From: Heterodontus francisci
Taxonomy: Eukaryota
NCBI RefSeq assembly: GCF_036365525.1
Contig: NW_027142279.1
Span: 868,001-932,000 of the forward strand
DNA: 64,000 bases
Direction: 5' to 3'
Shown: positions 11,831-23,907 of the stretch, in pieces
Numbering within the stretch: the stretch's first letter is position 1
Layout of the letters: every line of letters starts with the position of its first letter
The notes under the pieces: model-generated
What the model saw: the letters and a program-made list of their open reading frames with translations, nothing else
Databases searched by the model: none
Told to the model about the DNA's origin: nothing
Translations under genes and position numbers: made by a program

Positions 11831-12254
11831 AAAGCTGTGACGGGAACAGACAGCAATGGGGGTTGGCTCATCGCCATCTTCTCAAGGACGGTGAGGTGGT
11901 GGGCACTGAATTCTGCATAACAGTGTCACAACCACATCCTGTGAATGAAAGCAGATAGAGAGATTGAGAAATATAATTGAATAGAGACCTCAACACGGGT
12001 GTGTGTACACTGCATGGCCTGTCCTCACCCCCAGACACATCATCTGGTCTGTTTCAATCTTTCCCCTCACTGCTCTGTAGCTAACCCCAGCCTCCTCCAT
12101 GCAAGCGATACATGCACAGTTACTTGGCTGAGCTCCCATCCAGCAACCCTCATTAACACTCCCCAGCAACCCTCCATCCTAAACTCCCACAAAATGCTCA
12201 TGTGCCGGCTGTGTTATTTCCACCTACTTCACCAATCCCTTTCAACACCCCTAA

Positions 12255-12980
12255 ATGTTGGTGTTGTTCTCCTGCTGAAGATGTTGTTGAATTTGTTGGT
12301 GTCTTCTTCCGACTGAAGTTGTTGGTGAACTTCTTGGTGCCTTCTTCTGACTGAAGTTGTTGTTGAATTAGTTGGTGCCTTCTTCTGACTGAAGTTGTTG
12401 TTGAATTTGTTGGTGCTTTCTTCCGACTGAAGTTGTTGTTGGATTTTTGGTGTTTTTCTCTCCTGCTGAAGTTATTGTTGGATTTGTTGGGTTTTGTTTT
12501 ACTGCAGCTGAAGTTGTTGTTGTATTTGTTGGTGTTTTTCTCCTGCTGAAGTTATTGTTGAATTTGTTGGTGTTTTTCTACTGCTGAAGTTGTTGTTGAA
12601 TTGTGGGGCTTTTTAACTGTTGCTGAAGTTGTTGTTGTATTCGTTGATGTTTTTTCCTGCTGATGTTGTTGTTGAATCTGTTGGTGTTCTTTACTGCCTG
12701 CTGACTTTGTTGTTGAATTTTTTGGTGTTTTTCTCCTGCTGAAGTTGTTGTTGTATTCATTGATATTTTTTTCCCTGCTGTAGTTGTTGTTGAATTTGTT
12801 CGTGTTCTTTAATCCCTGCTGACTTTGTTGTTGAATTTGTGTGTTTTTCTCCTGCTGAAGTTGTTGTTGTAATCGTTGATTTTTTTTTTCCTGCTGAAGT
12901 TGTTGAATTTGTTGGTGCTTTTCACCTGTTGAAGTTGTTGTTGAATTTGTTTGTGTTTTTCTTGAATTTGTTGCTGTTTT
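12255..12980. repeat. GTT-rich minisatellite (~36-39-bp units)
   Basis: Repeated ctgctgaagttgttgttgaatttgttggtgtttttctc; related tracts at 19110-19200 (opposite strand), 19565-19870 and 20990-21220. Confidence 0.85.
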
Positions 12981-13449
12981 ACTCCTGCGATGCAGTGTTA
13001 GAGGGGGCCAATTTGCTACCAATAATATTGTCCTCCTCGGCACAGATGCCACCGGATGTAAGGAACTATGCATAATGATCCAACAACAAAGCATGTGCTT
13101 AGACTACACAGGTCAATGTGTTGAACAAATGAGAAACATTTCATTGGCTAGTATTGGGTTTTGTTTTGGTGACATCCTGGGACTGTGCAGAGAACAACCT
13201 CTGATGTCCAGAAGGGCAGAACTGCACAGTCAGAGGGGGCAATCCTCAGCAATGATTATCCTCCAATCAAAATTGCTCCGACAATAACCACAGATGATCT
13301 GGACATTATTGCCTGTTTGATGGATCTTGCTTTGTAGAAACTGGCTGCCACTGTTCCTATCTTGCAGCAGTGGCTGCACTTTGAAGAAGTACTAGCAACG
13401 AATATGGGATTAGTAAAGCACTCGGGTTCTTGGGCTTTATAAATGGAAG

Positions 13450-14030
13450 CATGGAGCACAAGCGCTGGGAAGCTATGATGAACATTTCCAAAGCTCTGGT
13501 TAGGCTGTAACTGGAAGTTTGCGTTCAGTTCTGGTCACCACACTTCAGGAAGGATGTGAGTGTCCATGACAGGGTGCAGAGGAGATTTTACCAGAATGGT
13601 TCCAGTGATGTTACATGGTTATTTTGGAGAATCTGGGGTTGTTTACCTTGGTGCAAAGGCAATTGAGGGGAGATCTGATAGAGGAAACAAGATTGTGACA
13701 GTGTTAGTTAAGGTAGACAGAGTAAACCTGTTCCCATTAGTGGATGGTGCAAGGACTATTGGTCACAGATTGATGATTCTGGACAATAGATACTGGGGTA
13801 TTTGAGGAAGAACCTCTATACACAGTGAGTGGTAATAACCGGGAATTCACTGCCTACCAGGGTGGTGGAAGTGGAGACAATGAATGATTTCAAAAGGAAA
13901 TTGAATGGATACCTGAAGGAGATAATCTTGCTGGGCCGCAGGGATAGAGAGGGGGAATGGGACTGACTGGATTGCATGGACTCGATGGGAAGAATGGCCT
14001 CCTTCTGTACCATACAGGCTGTATGACTTT
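13450..14030 (+). mobile_element. CR1 3' fragment (degenerate)
   Basis: cagttctggtcaccacacttcaggaaggatg...gtgcagaggagattt and 3' UTR gaatggcctccttctgtac. Confidence 0.8.
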
Positions 14031-14178
14031 CTGGCTAACTGGCTGTAAAGTGTTTTCAGATGACATGGTGTTGCAAAGGTCACCAATAGGGATACACAGG
14101 GGCTCGATGGTTTGCTGAGCTTTCCAGACGATGCTGCTCACAGGTGGGTGTTTTAGGGGCAGGTTGGGAGAGTGAGGA

Positions 14179-14217
14179 TGTTTTTGTCTCACTCTGCCGC
14201 AGGGTTGTATCGCTGTG
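14179..14217 (-). promoter_or_regulatory. RSS, 23-bp spacer (V4)
   Basis: CACAGCG (14217-14211) + 23 nt + ACAAAAACA (14187-14179). Confidence 0.93.
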
Positions 14218-14837
14218 CCCATACTCGCTGCACAGTAGTAGGTCGCAGTGTCTGTCGGCTGGGGGTCGAACAGCTGCAGGGAGAATCGGTTGCTTGCAGC
14301 GTCGTGTTGCACAGTGAACCGCTTCTCAAAGCCTGGCCCACAGCTGCCGTGCTCATTGCACATCCACTTTACTGCCTTCCCCTCCTGCCTGTACCAGTGC
14401 ATGGTGTAGCTGCCCATGCTGGCTCCCTTCAAGCTGCAGCCAAGGGCGAGGGGCTTCCCCGGTCGAATAGAAGCCGCGGCTGGAGTCTGGATCACAGTGG
14501 GTGCAGACTGAACCCCTGGAACACATTCCATAAAAGAAAGTAATTCAGAATCATGGAAGGAAAATGGTAGCATAAATCATAAAATCTAACAGAATAGAAA
14601 GAGGCCGTTCTGCCCATCGTATCTGCTGTTTGAAAGAGCTGTCGAGTTAGTCTCACTTGCCCCCGCTCCTACCCCATTGCCCTCCCAATTTCCCCGCTCC
14701 AAGCCCTGATCCAATAGCCATTTGGGAGATTACTATTGAATCTACTTCCTCCTGCTGAAGGGATACCACTTACACCAAATCCAATGTCCAAGCAATAAGC
14801 TGACCAAGATTGAGATGTTTTTAGCTGAGACTGCCAT
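14218..14837 (-). CDS. TRBV: TCR V segment V4, apparently functional, divergent family with two extra cysteines around CDR2; leader exon 14774-14837, V exon 14218-14515
   Basis: MAVSAKNISILVSLLLGHWIWW|VQSAPTVIQTP...LGCSLKGASMGSYTMHWYRQ...WMCNEHGSCGPGF...DTATYYCAASMG. GTAAGT donor, ttccag acceptor, RSS23. Beta assignment rests on locus context. Confidence 0.85.
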
Positions 14838-15139
14838 CGCCCTTCTCAGAAGCAGAGAGGCAGCCCTTACTGAGCAACAAGCCAGCGCCTGGTAAATGGA
14901 AATGCCACCGGTTGTGATTCAGAGAGTGGAACGATTGGCCGCCCATCCTGTACCTCGACCACGCCTGTCAGCAGAGTGAACAAATGAGGAGCACTTCCCT
15001 CGGCAACATTGCTGTTATTTATGCAGATTGCTGCAAGCCCCTTAGCCCGACTTTCCCTCTTCCCTTCCCAACATTCCCACCTTTCCTTCGATGGAATATT
15101 GCCTTATTTTTTGATTGGCCAGGAACGTGCTGACCATGC

Positions 15140-16510
15140 GAAAGTTAGGTAGGAAAACAAATTGTGAGGAGGGCACAAAGAGTCTGCAGAGGGTTATAGA
15201 TAGGTTAAGTGAGTTGGGCAAAAAATTGGCAGATGGAGTATACTGTGGGCAAATGTGAGATTGCCCAATTTGGCAGGAAGAATGGGAATTCAGAATATTA
15301 TTTAAATAGAGAGAGACTGCAGGACTCCACAGTACAGAGGGATCTGGGTGTCCTGGTACGTGAATCACAAAAAGTCAGCATGTAGGTACAGCGCGTGATT
15401 AGGAAGGCAAATGAAATGTTGTTGTTTATTGCAAGGGGAATCGAATTCAAAAGTAGGGAAGTGTTGCTACAGCTGTACAGGGCCTTAGTTAGACCACATC
15501 TGGAGTAATGTGGACTGTTTTGGTCTGCATAATTGTCTTATGAGGAAATGTTGAGCAGTTTGAGCCGATGCCCACTGGAGTTCAGAAGAATGAGAGGTGA
15601 TCTTATCGAAACATGTCATATTTTAAGGGGGATTGACAGCGTGGAAGCCGAGAGGATGTTTCCCCCTGGTGGGCGAATCTAGAACTAGGCAGCATAATTT
15701 CAAAATAAGTGATTGGCAGATGGAGTATAATGTGGGGAAGAATGAGGTTCTTCACTTTGGTTGAAAGAATATAGTTTTTTATAAGGCGTCAATCTTCTCA
15801 ATGTTGATGTTCAGAGAGGCTTGGGTTTCTCAGTACATGAGACTCAGTAAGTTCACATGCAGGTGCAGCAAGAAATTCGCAAGGCAAATGGCCTGTTGGC
15901 CTTTATTGCAAGTGGGATTGGAGTACAGGAATAAGGAAGTCTTGTTACAATTGGCCAGCGCTTTGGTAAGATCACACCTGCTTTACTGTACACAGTTTTG
16001 GTCTCCACATCCGAGGAAGGCTACACTTGCCTTGGTGGCAGTACAGCGAAGGGTCACTCCATTGGTTCCTGGGATGAAAGGTTTGTCCTATGATGAGAGA
16101 GCCTGTAGTCTATGGAGTTTAGAAGAATGAAAGGTGATCTCAGTGAAACATGCAAGATTCTGAAGGGGCTTGACTGGGTAGACACTGAGAAGTTGTTTCC
16201 CCTGGCTGGGGAATCTATTTCAGCCTCAGGATAAGGGGCCAAGCATTTAGGACTGAGATAAGGAGAGGTTTCTTCACTCAAAGGGTGGTAAATCTTTGGA
16301 ATTCCCTACCCCCGGGGGTGGTGGATGCTCCATCATTGAATATATTTAAGGCTGGGATAGACAGATATGTGGTCACTCAGGGACTGAAGGGATATGGGGA
16401 GCGGGTGGAAAAGTGGAGTTGAGTTAGAGGATCTGTCATGATGGTATTGAATGACAGAGCAGGATCGACGGGCCGAATGGTCTACTCCTGCTCCGATTTC
16501 TCATGTTATT
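15140..16510 (+). mobile_element. Two adjacent degenerate CR1 3' fragments
   Basis: Two successive copies of the tggcagatggagta...LVRPHLEY...gaagaatgagaggtgatct region; ORF 15801..16130. Confidence 0.8.
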
Positions 16511-16834
16511 CTGAAATCTAGTCATTTGATTCATGATGATTCCATTAACACAATCTAAAAACCCGTTAACTTTAACTGCAGGCTCTTTACATCAGTCTTC
16601 ACCCTTCACTGATCAGACCAGAATAATTCTCTGCTGGCCTCTTTCAGTGTCTTCCCTGCAATTGGATTCATTTCTGGCCCCATCAACGTACATAACACAA
16701 CATCTGCCTAAATTTAATGCCAGTTGCCATTGTGTGGCCTAATCCCCTGCCACAGGTAAATCACTTTGGATTCCACAGGACCCCTCTACTGTCTTAACTC
16801 GTGCAAAGATTTTAGTGACATCTGCAAACATTCT

Positions 16835-17240
16835 TTTATTATTTCATTGGATGTGGGAGTCACTGGCCAGGCCAGCAATTATTTCCCATCCCTAATCGCC
16901 CTTGAGAAGGTGGTGGTGAGCTGCCTTCTTGAACCACTGCAGTCCATGTGAGGTGGGTACACCCACTGTGCTGTTAGGAAGGGAGTTCCAGGATTTTGAC
17001 CCAGCGACAGTGAAGGTGTGGCCGATACAGTTCCAAGTCAGGATGGTGTGTGACTTGGAGGGGAACTTGCAGGTGGTGGTGTTCCCATGCGTTTGCTGCA
17101 CTTGTCCTTCTAGATTGAGGTCGCGGGTTTGGAAGGTGCTGTCGAAGGAGCCTTGGTGCGTTACTGCAGTGCATTGCGTAGCTGGTACACACTGCTGCCA
17201 CTGTACGTTGGTGGTGGAGGGAGTGAATATTTAAGGTGGT
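16835..17240 (-). mobile_element. LINE (L2/CR1-group) 3' fragment
   Basis: Same family as 4510-5040 (SWNSLPNSTVGVPT); followed by a SINE head at ~17250-17360. Confidence 0.8.
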
Positions 17241-17397
17241 GTTTGTTTAGTTAGATTCCCCCAGCTGCTGTGCTGGGATTTGAACTCTTGTGCTCTGGAT
17301 CATTCGGCCGAAGCCTCAGGATTACTAGTCCCAGTAACATAACAGTAATGCTACCGTACCCCCAGAGACTGGGGTAAGGTGTATTACACAATTCCCA

Positions 17398-17436
17398 AGT
17401 TTTTGCCGTGTTTCCTTGCATTCTAGGTACACTGTG
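17398..17436 (-). promoter_or_regulatory. RSS, 23-bp spacer (pseudo-V5)
   Basis: CACAGTG (17436-17430) + 23 nt + GCAAAAACT (17406-17398). Confidence 0.88.
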
Positions 17437-17918
17437 TGTATCCTTGTGAGCCCCGCAGTAGTAAGTGCTGTTGTCTTGGACTCGGGAGCTTTTCCAGGAC
17501 AGAGTGAAAGTGTTGGCCTGAGTCTTGTGCTGGGTTTCAATCCTTTTCCTGTAGTTCGATGCAGAAAGTACACTCTATCTGATCAATTCCAGGCAGTCAC
17601 CAAACTGCAATTACCAGTCCAAACAACACTCAGTCATGTTGCCCTGCCCAATGCGTCTGTGGAACGTGGGTTCCTCCACGGGAACCAGAGCATTGACCAC
17701 TGGGGACTGGAGAACCATCTAACATCTAACAAGATTCTTCACACAGGATGGCAGATCAATGGGGAGAGAATGATACAGGGTTACAGGGAGGGACAGAGGC
17801 AAAAGAGGAAGAGAGGGAATAAGAAGGAGACAAATTATTCTTCTAGAGTCACGCTGCTACATTCATACTTATATTTGCTCCACAGGTTAAGCCCAATTAT
17901 AAATCAGATTTATTACAT
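17437..17918 (-). pseudogene. TCR V pseudogene V5 (V exon ~17437-17740; degenerate leader 17873-17918)
   Basis: Manual translation: MVLQSP...TFHRRIGQGNMTECCLDW*LQFGDCLELIR*...NTFTLSWKSSRVQDNSTYYCGAHKDT, then RSS23. First Cys lost, in-frame stops; 46-nt leader-like exon with stops and an ATAAGT (mutated GT) donor. Confidence 0.8.
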
Positions 17919-18149
17919 TGATAAAACTATAAATGCACCAAACTCGGAAGGATGAATACAAACCAATTCAGTCTGCATCTGAGAAAAAAGAAAATTGGTA
18001 ATGTTTAATGATGATACTCTGTCAGAATAATCCTAACTGCTGTTCACATCAAGGAACAGTAAATTATTTCAATTTGGTTGACGAGGAGATTATGTATAGC
18101 AATGCATAAAGTAACTATTACGAACATTAATTTCATCAACAATGGGACT

Positions 18150-18371
18150 AAATGGGGACAGTGGTGTTTCCTGTCTTAAAGCTGGAAAGCAGGAATATGG
18201 AAAGCAGATCTCAAACTACATTGAGATTCTTTTCAGAGGAGGAGGCTCGTTATAAGCAGTGTGATCAAACCGCCCCTGCTGCTGTGGAAACTGCAGATAG
18301 GTCAAATAACCAGTGTCACTGGCGTTGTATTCCTTGCAGAGCACCCTCTGACCACATCATACCAACAAAAC
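18150..18371 (-). pseudogene. Possible highly decayed V relic (no RSS)
   Basis: Acceptor-like cccctctaag, then fragments LCKEYNASDTGYLTYLQFPQQ and LSSFKTGNTTV in different frames, resembling FR1-FR2 and FR3. Confidence 0.25.
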
Positions 18372-19207
18372 CTTAGAGGGGAACAGAGCCGGACAGGCAG
18401 AGGCCATCCCGGGGAACCCCACATAGGGAGAAATAAAGAGAGAATGAGAGAGAGAGAACAACTGAGAGGGAGCAAGGGAGAGGTAGAGTGAGGCAAAGGC
18501 AGAGAGAGACAGACAGACTGATCAACACAGCCACTGAGAGATGGAATGATTCAGGGAAAATTAGTTGGAAAGAGAGAGAGAGATTGAGAGAACTAGTGAC
18601 AGATGGAGAGATTGAGGCAATAGGAGGTGCAGAGACAGACAGGGAGAGACAGAGACAGAGCGACACAGAGACAGTAAATGAGAGGAGATAGGCAGAATTA
18701 ATTAGAGACAGAGAGACAGAATGAGACTGAGTGCGTGTGAGAGAGGAATAGAGACAGACAGCAAGAGTAAGCGAGGAAATGAGAGGCGAGAAAGAGAGGG
18801 GAAGGAAAGAAGAGAGTGAGATAAAGAGAGAGAATGAGAATGGGTGTGTGTGTGAGAGACAGAAAAAGCATCAGAGCTGAGAGGAAATGAGAGAAGGAAA
18901 GAGAGACAGGGATAAAGAAAGAGAATGAGAGTGAGTGTGTGTGAGAGAGGAAAGATAACAAGACCAACAGAGACAGAGAAACAGACATGACGAGAGAGAG
19001 TAAGGAAACAATTTTACAGAACAATGTAAACGATGTTTTTTATAATCAATATTGGTGAAGTCTGATGTGTTTCCTGGTGCTTGCTCGCCCACTGCTGTCC
19101 CCCTGGAGGAGAAAACCCCCCAAAAATACAAAAACAACTGCAGCAGAAAAAAACACTAACAAATTCAACAATAACTTCAACAGTAAAAATAAAAGCACCA
19201 ATGAAAA

Positions 19208-19470
19208 GGGCGGTACAGTGGCCCAGTTGTTACCACCGCAGCCTCACAGCTCCAGCGACCCAGGTTCAATTCTGGGTACTGCCTGTGTGGAGTTTGCAAG
19301 TTCTTCCTGTGTCTGCGTACTTTCCTCTGGGTGCTCCGGTTTCCTCCCACATGCCATTATAAATTGCCCGTGGTATAGGTAGGTGGGAGGGAAATACAGG
19401 GACAGGTGGGGATGTGGTAGGAATATGGAATGAGTGTAGGATTAGTATAAATGGGTGGTTGGTGGTCGGC
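19208..19470 (+). mobile_element. HE1-like V-SINE
   Basis: tRNA-like head ggcggtacagtggcccag...ggttcaattctgg and central gtggagtttgcaagttct...gctccggtttcctcccac domain. Confidence 0.8.
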
Positions 19471-19879
19471 ACTGACTTGTCGACTCAAGCAAGTGATTCA
19501 GGTTTGCACAACGCCTCCCTCCCTGATGGGGAACCCACGCCCCTCTCTCTACCATTGGCTGCCAGTAGTTGCTGTTGCAAATGTTGGTATCATTCTGCTG
19601 CTGAGGTTGTTGTTGTATTTGCTGGTGTTTTCCTCCGGCTGAGGTTGTTGAATTTGTTGGTGTTTGAATCTCCTGCTGATCTGTTGTTGAATTTGTTGGC
19701 CTTGTTCTCCTGCTGAGGTAGTTGTTGTGTTGGTTGGTGTTTTCCCTGCTGAGGTTTTTGTTGTACTTGTTGTTTTCTTCCCTGCTTAAATTGTTGTTCA
19801 ATTCGGTTTTTGCATGCTGAGGTTGTTGTTGTATTTTTGGTGTTTTTCTTTCCCTGCTGAGGTTATTTTCTCTTTTTTA

Positions 19880-20985
19880 ATTCATTCATGGGATTTTGGG
19901 CGATGCTGGTTGAGGTCAGCATTTATTGTCCATCCCTAATTGCCCCTTCAGAAGGTGGTGGTGAGCTGCCTTCTTGAACCACTGCAGTCCATGTAGTGTA
20001 GGTACACCCACAGTGCTGTTAGGAAGGGAGTTTCAGGATTTTGACCCACAGTTAGTGAAGGAACAGCCGATATAGTTCCAAGTCACGATGGTGTGTGACT
20101 TGGAGGAGAACCTGCAAGTGGTGGTGTTCCCATGCATCTGCTGCCCTTGTCCTTCGAGGTGGTAGAGGTTGCGGGTTTGGAAGGTGTTGACGGAGGGAGC
20201 CTTGGAAATTGCTGCAGTGCATCTTGCAGATGGTACACACTGCTGACACTGAGCATCAGTGGTGGAGGGAGTGAATGTTTGTAGATGGGGTGCCAATCAA
20301 GCGGGCTGCTTTGTCCTGGACGGTGTCGAGCTTCTTGAGTGTTGTTGGAGCTGCACCCATCCAGGCAAATGGACAGTATTCCATCACACTCCTGACTTGT
20401 GCCTTGTAGATGGTTAACAGGCTTTGGGGAGTCAGGAGGTGAGTTACTGGCTGCAGGATTCCTAGCCTCTGACCTGCTCTTGTAGCCACAGTATTTATAT
20501 GGCTACTCCAGTTCAGATTCTGTTCAATGGCAATCCCCAGGATGTTGATAGTGGGGGATTCAGCGATGGTAATGCCATTGAATGTCAAAGGGAGATGGTT
20601 ATATTCTCTCTTGTTGTAGATGGTCAATGCGTGGCACTTGTGTGGCACGAATGTTACTTGCCACTTATCAGCCCAAGCCTGGATGTTGTCCAGGTCTTGC
20701 TACATCTGAACACAGGCTGCTTCAGAATCTGAGCTGTCACGAATGATGCTGAACATTGTGAAGTCATCAGTGAACATCCCCACTCTGACCTAATGATTGA
20801 AGGGAATTTCATTTATGAAGCCGTTGGAGATGGTGGAACAGGACGTACCCGGGGATGGCGATAGCGAGGTCTGTGACATTGTCTGTAAGGCATGATTCCC
20901 TGAGTATGACTATGTCAGGTTGTTGCTTGACAGCTCTCCCAACCTTGGCACAAGGCCCGAAATGTTGGTAAGGAGGACCGTGCAG
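19880..20985 (-). mobile_element. LINE (L2/CR1-group), internally deleted
   Basis: ORF 20256..20648 is the RT C-terminus; an endonuclease-like QPDIVIL.ES.L fragment at ~20850-20930 sits next to the end of RT. Confidence 0.8.
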
Positions 20986-21224
20986 ATTCAACATGTTGTT
21001 GCATCTGCTGCTGTGTTTCACCTGCTGAAGTTGTCTTTGTTGCTTTTCTCCTCCTGACGCACTTCTTGAATTCTGTTGGTGTTTTTTTCTCCTCCTGACA
21101 TTGGTTGGTGAGCTTTTTTTTGCCAACGTTGCTTCTGAATTTGTTGGTGTTTTCCCTCGCTGAGGCTGTTGTTGCATTTGTTGATGCTTTTCGTGCTGAG
21201 GTTTTTGTTGCATTTGTTGTATTG

Positions 21225-21470
21225 CCCAGAGGAGGTTACAGAGATAAGGAGGGTTGTTGGGCTGGAGGAGGTTACAGTGATAGGGAGTATTGTAGGGGCT
21301 GGAGGAGGTTACAGTGATAGGGAGTATTGTAGGGGCTGGAGGAAGTGACAGAGAGAGGGAGGGATGTAGGGCTCGAGGAAGTTTCAGAGATAGAGAGCAT
21401 TGTCGGGGCTGGAGGAGGTTACAGAAATAGGGAAGCTTGTCGGGGGCTGGAGGGGGTTACAGAGACAGGG
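21225..21470. repeat. ~38-40-bp tandem repeat (gggctggaggaggttacagagatagggag)
   Basis: About 6 visible units. Confidence 0.75.
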
Positions 21471-22339
21471 ATAATTGTCACTGTTCATCGAGTGTACTCA
21501 GTGTTAACCCCAGTATCATTCTGGTGAATCTCAGCTGTATCTGGTCTAAGGCAAACAGCTGCTTGTTGAGGAAGGTGCCCAGACTGTGTGCAATATTCCA
21601 GATGTAGTCGAACCAGAGCCTCCTACAACTGTGGCATTACCTCCAAACCCTTTGTATTGTAGCTTCTTCCATTAATCACACGTTCCATAATGCATGACTG
21701 GATGCACGCATACACCAAACACACACTCCCAACTCTCTCTCCCCCACCCCCTCTCTCTCCTCAGTTTGTTTGACTATGTTGTTAGTTGTGCATCTTTGTC
21801 CTTCAGCTGATCGTATCTGTGCCTCTGATATGAAGAGTCTATTGTTCTCAGTCCTTGACAAACACAATAGCTTCCTGCTTTGTAAAAGTTCACATTATCC
21901 TAGTTGACACACGGCACAACATTCAAATCTGTTAGTCCCAGGGAATGCAAATATCAAAGCCGGCTCAGAAGTGTTAATGAGTCCATTGTGGGACTGAATG
22001 AATATCTGACAACCTGGCATGGACTCAGGGGCACTGACAGAATCAGCAATCCAGAGAGAATGGAAACTGTGGAAACTATCAAGGACTAGGCGTTGGACAT
22101 GGGCTGGTTGGAACTGAGATGCACATTCAGACGCCCCTTTTCACAGGCAGTGTAACATTGAGTAACAATGTGCTGCAAGGTGATTGTGATTACTGAGGGG
22201 ACAGTGACATTGTGATTCTGTCACAGGAATATTATCTGGAGCCCTGGACTGACTGCACTGCCCAATGTGCTAATGATCTAACAGAGAAATGTGGGGACAG
22301 ACGAATCCCACCCCATCAGAAACAAATCCTCGAATAGTC

Positions 22340-22990
22340 CAACAGAGGGAGGCCATTCGGCCCATCGAGGGTTTGTCATCTCTTTCGAAAATCAACCCAG
22401 TTAATCCAACTCCCCACACTTTCACACATAATTCCCTCATTTAATTCCCCTTCAAGTATTGAGCCAATTCCCTTTTTGAATAATACCATTGAATTTCCAC
22501 CACCCTATCAGACATTGCCCTCCAAATCCAAACCACTCATGATATTAAAAAACATTTATCCTCATGTCACCTCTGGTACCTTTGCCCATCACATTAAAGC
22601 TGTGCCCTCTGGTGATCTATCGAATCTCCCCTTAACCTTCTCTACTCTAAGGAGAACTCCCCTTTCTAGCCCAGTCTTTTTACTTGACTGAAATTCCTCA
22701 CCAACTGAACCATCCGAGAAATTTTCTTCTGCATCCTCTCCAAAGCCTACAGGCTTTCCCAAAGTGTGGTGCCCAGAATTGGGCACAATGTTCCAACAGG
22801 GACCGAACTGGTGTTTTATACAGGTTTGGCATGACTCCCGGACTTTTGTACTCGACCTCTCTATTTCCAAAGCCCAGACTGGAATATGATTTATTAATCG
22901 CTTTCTCAACCTCCTCTGCCACCTTTAAATATTCCTGCACAAGCACCCCCAGGTCTCTCTGTTCTTGCACCACTTCACAAATTGTTTTGT
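22340..22990 (-). mobile_element. CR1 3' fragment
   Basis: ORF 22698..22973 reads EQRDLGVLV...LEHCAQFWAPHF. Confidence 0.8.
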
Positions 22991-23907
22991 TTCATCTCTC
23001 CTCATTCTTGCAGTCAAAATCAAACATATCAAAGACTAATCCCACCCATATCTGGGACAAATTACCTGCTTATTATTATTCGGTCAGTCATGGACAATGG
23101 TCTGCCAGTAACTCTATAAAGTTTACATACAACACTTTTCCTTCCAAAAAACAACATCCTCGGTGGTTCTTGTATTGGAGTTTATACCTGAAGCCCACTG
23201 CTATCTCAATGTTGGCAGTTGAGGAGCAGTCAGTGACTGAGACATTAACATCTGGTCAGGGACCCCTCACAATATCCCATGTCCTGAATCCTCAAACACT
23301 CTCTCACTGAGAAATTTATGTCCTCCTCATTCTGGTTTGTATGTGTTACTAACGCTGTATCTGTGCTATTTCGGAGATGGTATCACTGTCGCTGATGTGA
23401 GGATTTCATTGTTCTCATTCTGTGACTATATTCTGAAAAACAGAATCATTTACTTTAACCCCAACGACCTCAGGGATGAAAATGGATGTCTGATCATTTG
23501 TCTCTCTGGAACATCTTGTTTCTCTGCCCCCTCTCATCATCCCCCCAATACTGACCCACTACTGATAAGAGAGGCATGTCTCCTGTGAATATTCTCTCCC
23601 TAATACTTAGTGTCTATGAAATATCAAATATACACAGCCAACTGGCAAATACTAACTTTAATATTCAGAGTCCCAGCCCCAGGCTCCAATCTCCCTACAC
23701 CCTCCCTGTTGGGTAACTGAAGACAAGTTATGTTGCAACAGCAAAGCTCCGTGGGTTAGCATGGGCCCAGGAGAAATATTAATGTTGTTTATTATGGCAG
23801 ATAGTTTCACCAAAAGGCCTTCGTTTGCATAGATTATGTCATGTCATTCATCATTACTAAATGTTAATATTTCAGCCAACCAGCACTGCAGTCAATCCGC
23901 CGTGGTG

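Noticed and set aside
12552-13094. Gln/Asn/Thr-rich ORFs (also 19442..19801 and 20809..21213)
   Set aside because: Translations of the GTT minisatellite; no splice or domain support
13156-13231. gactgtgcag...ctgcacagtc inverted pair resembling a D segment between two heptamers
   Set aside because: The nearest nonamer-like GGGTTTTGT is 16 bp away (not 12 or 23) and there is no nonamer on the other side
14218-14837. NAR-TCR supporting V or IgNAR V
   Set aside because: It has its own leader and a normal FR2; no upstream NAR-type V-D-J block was seen
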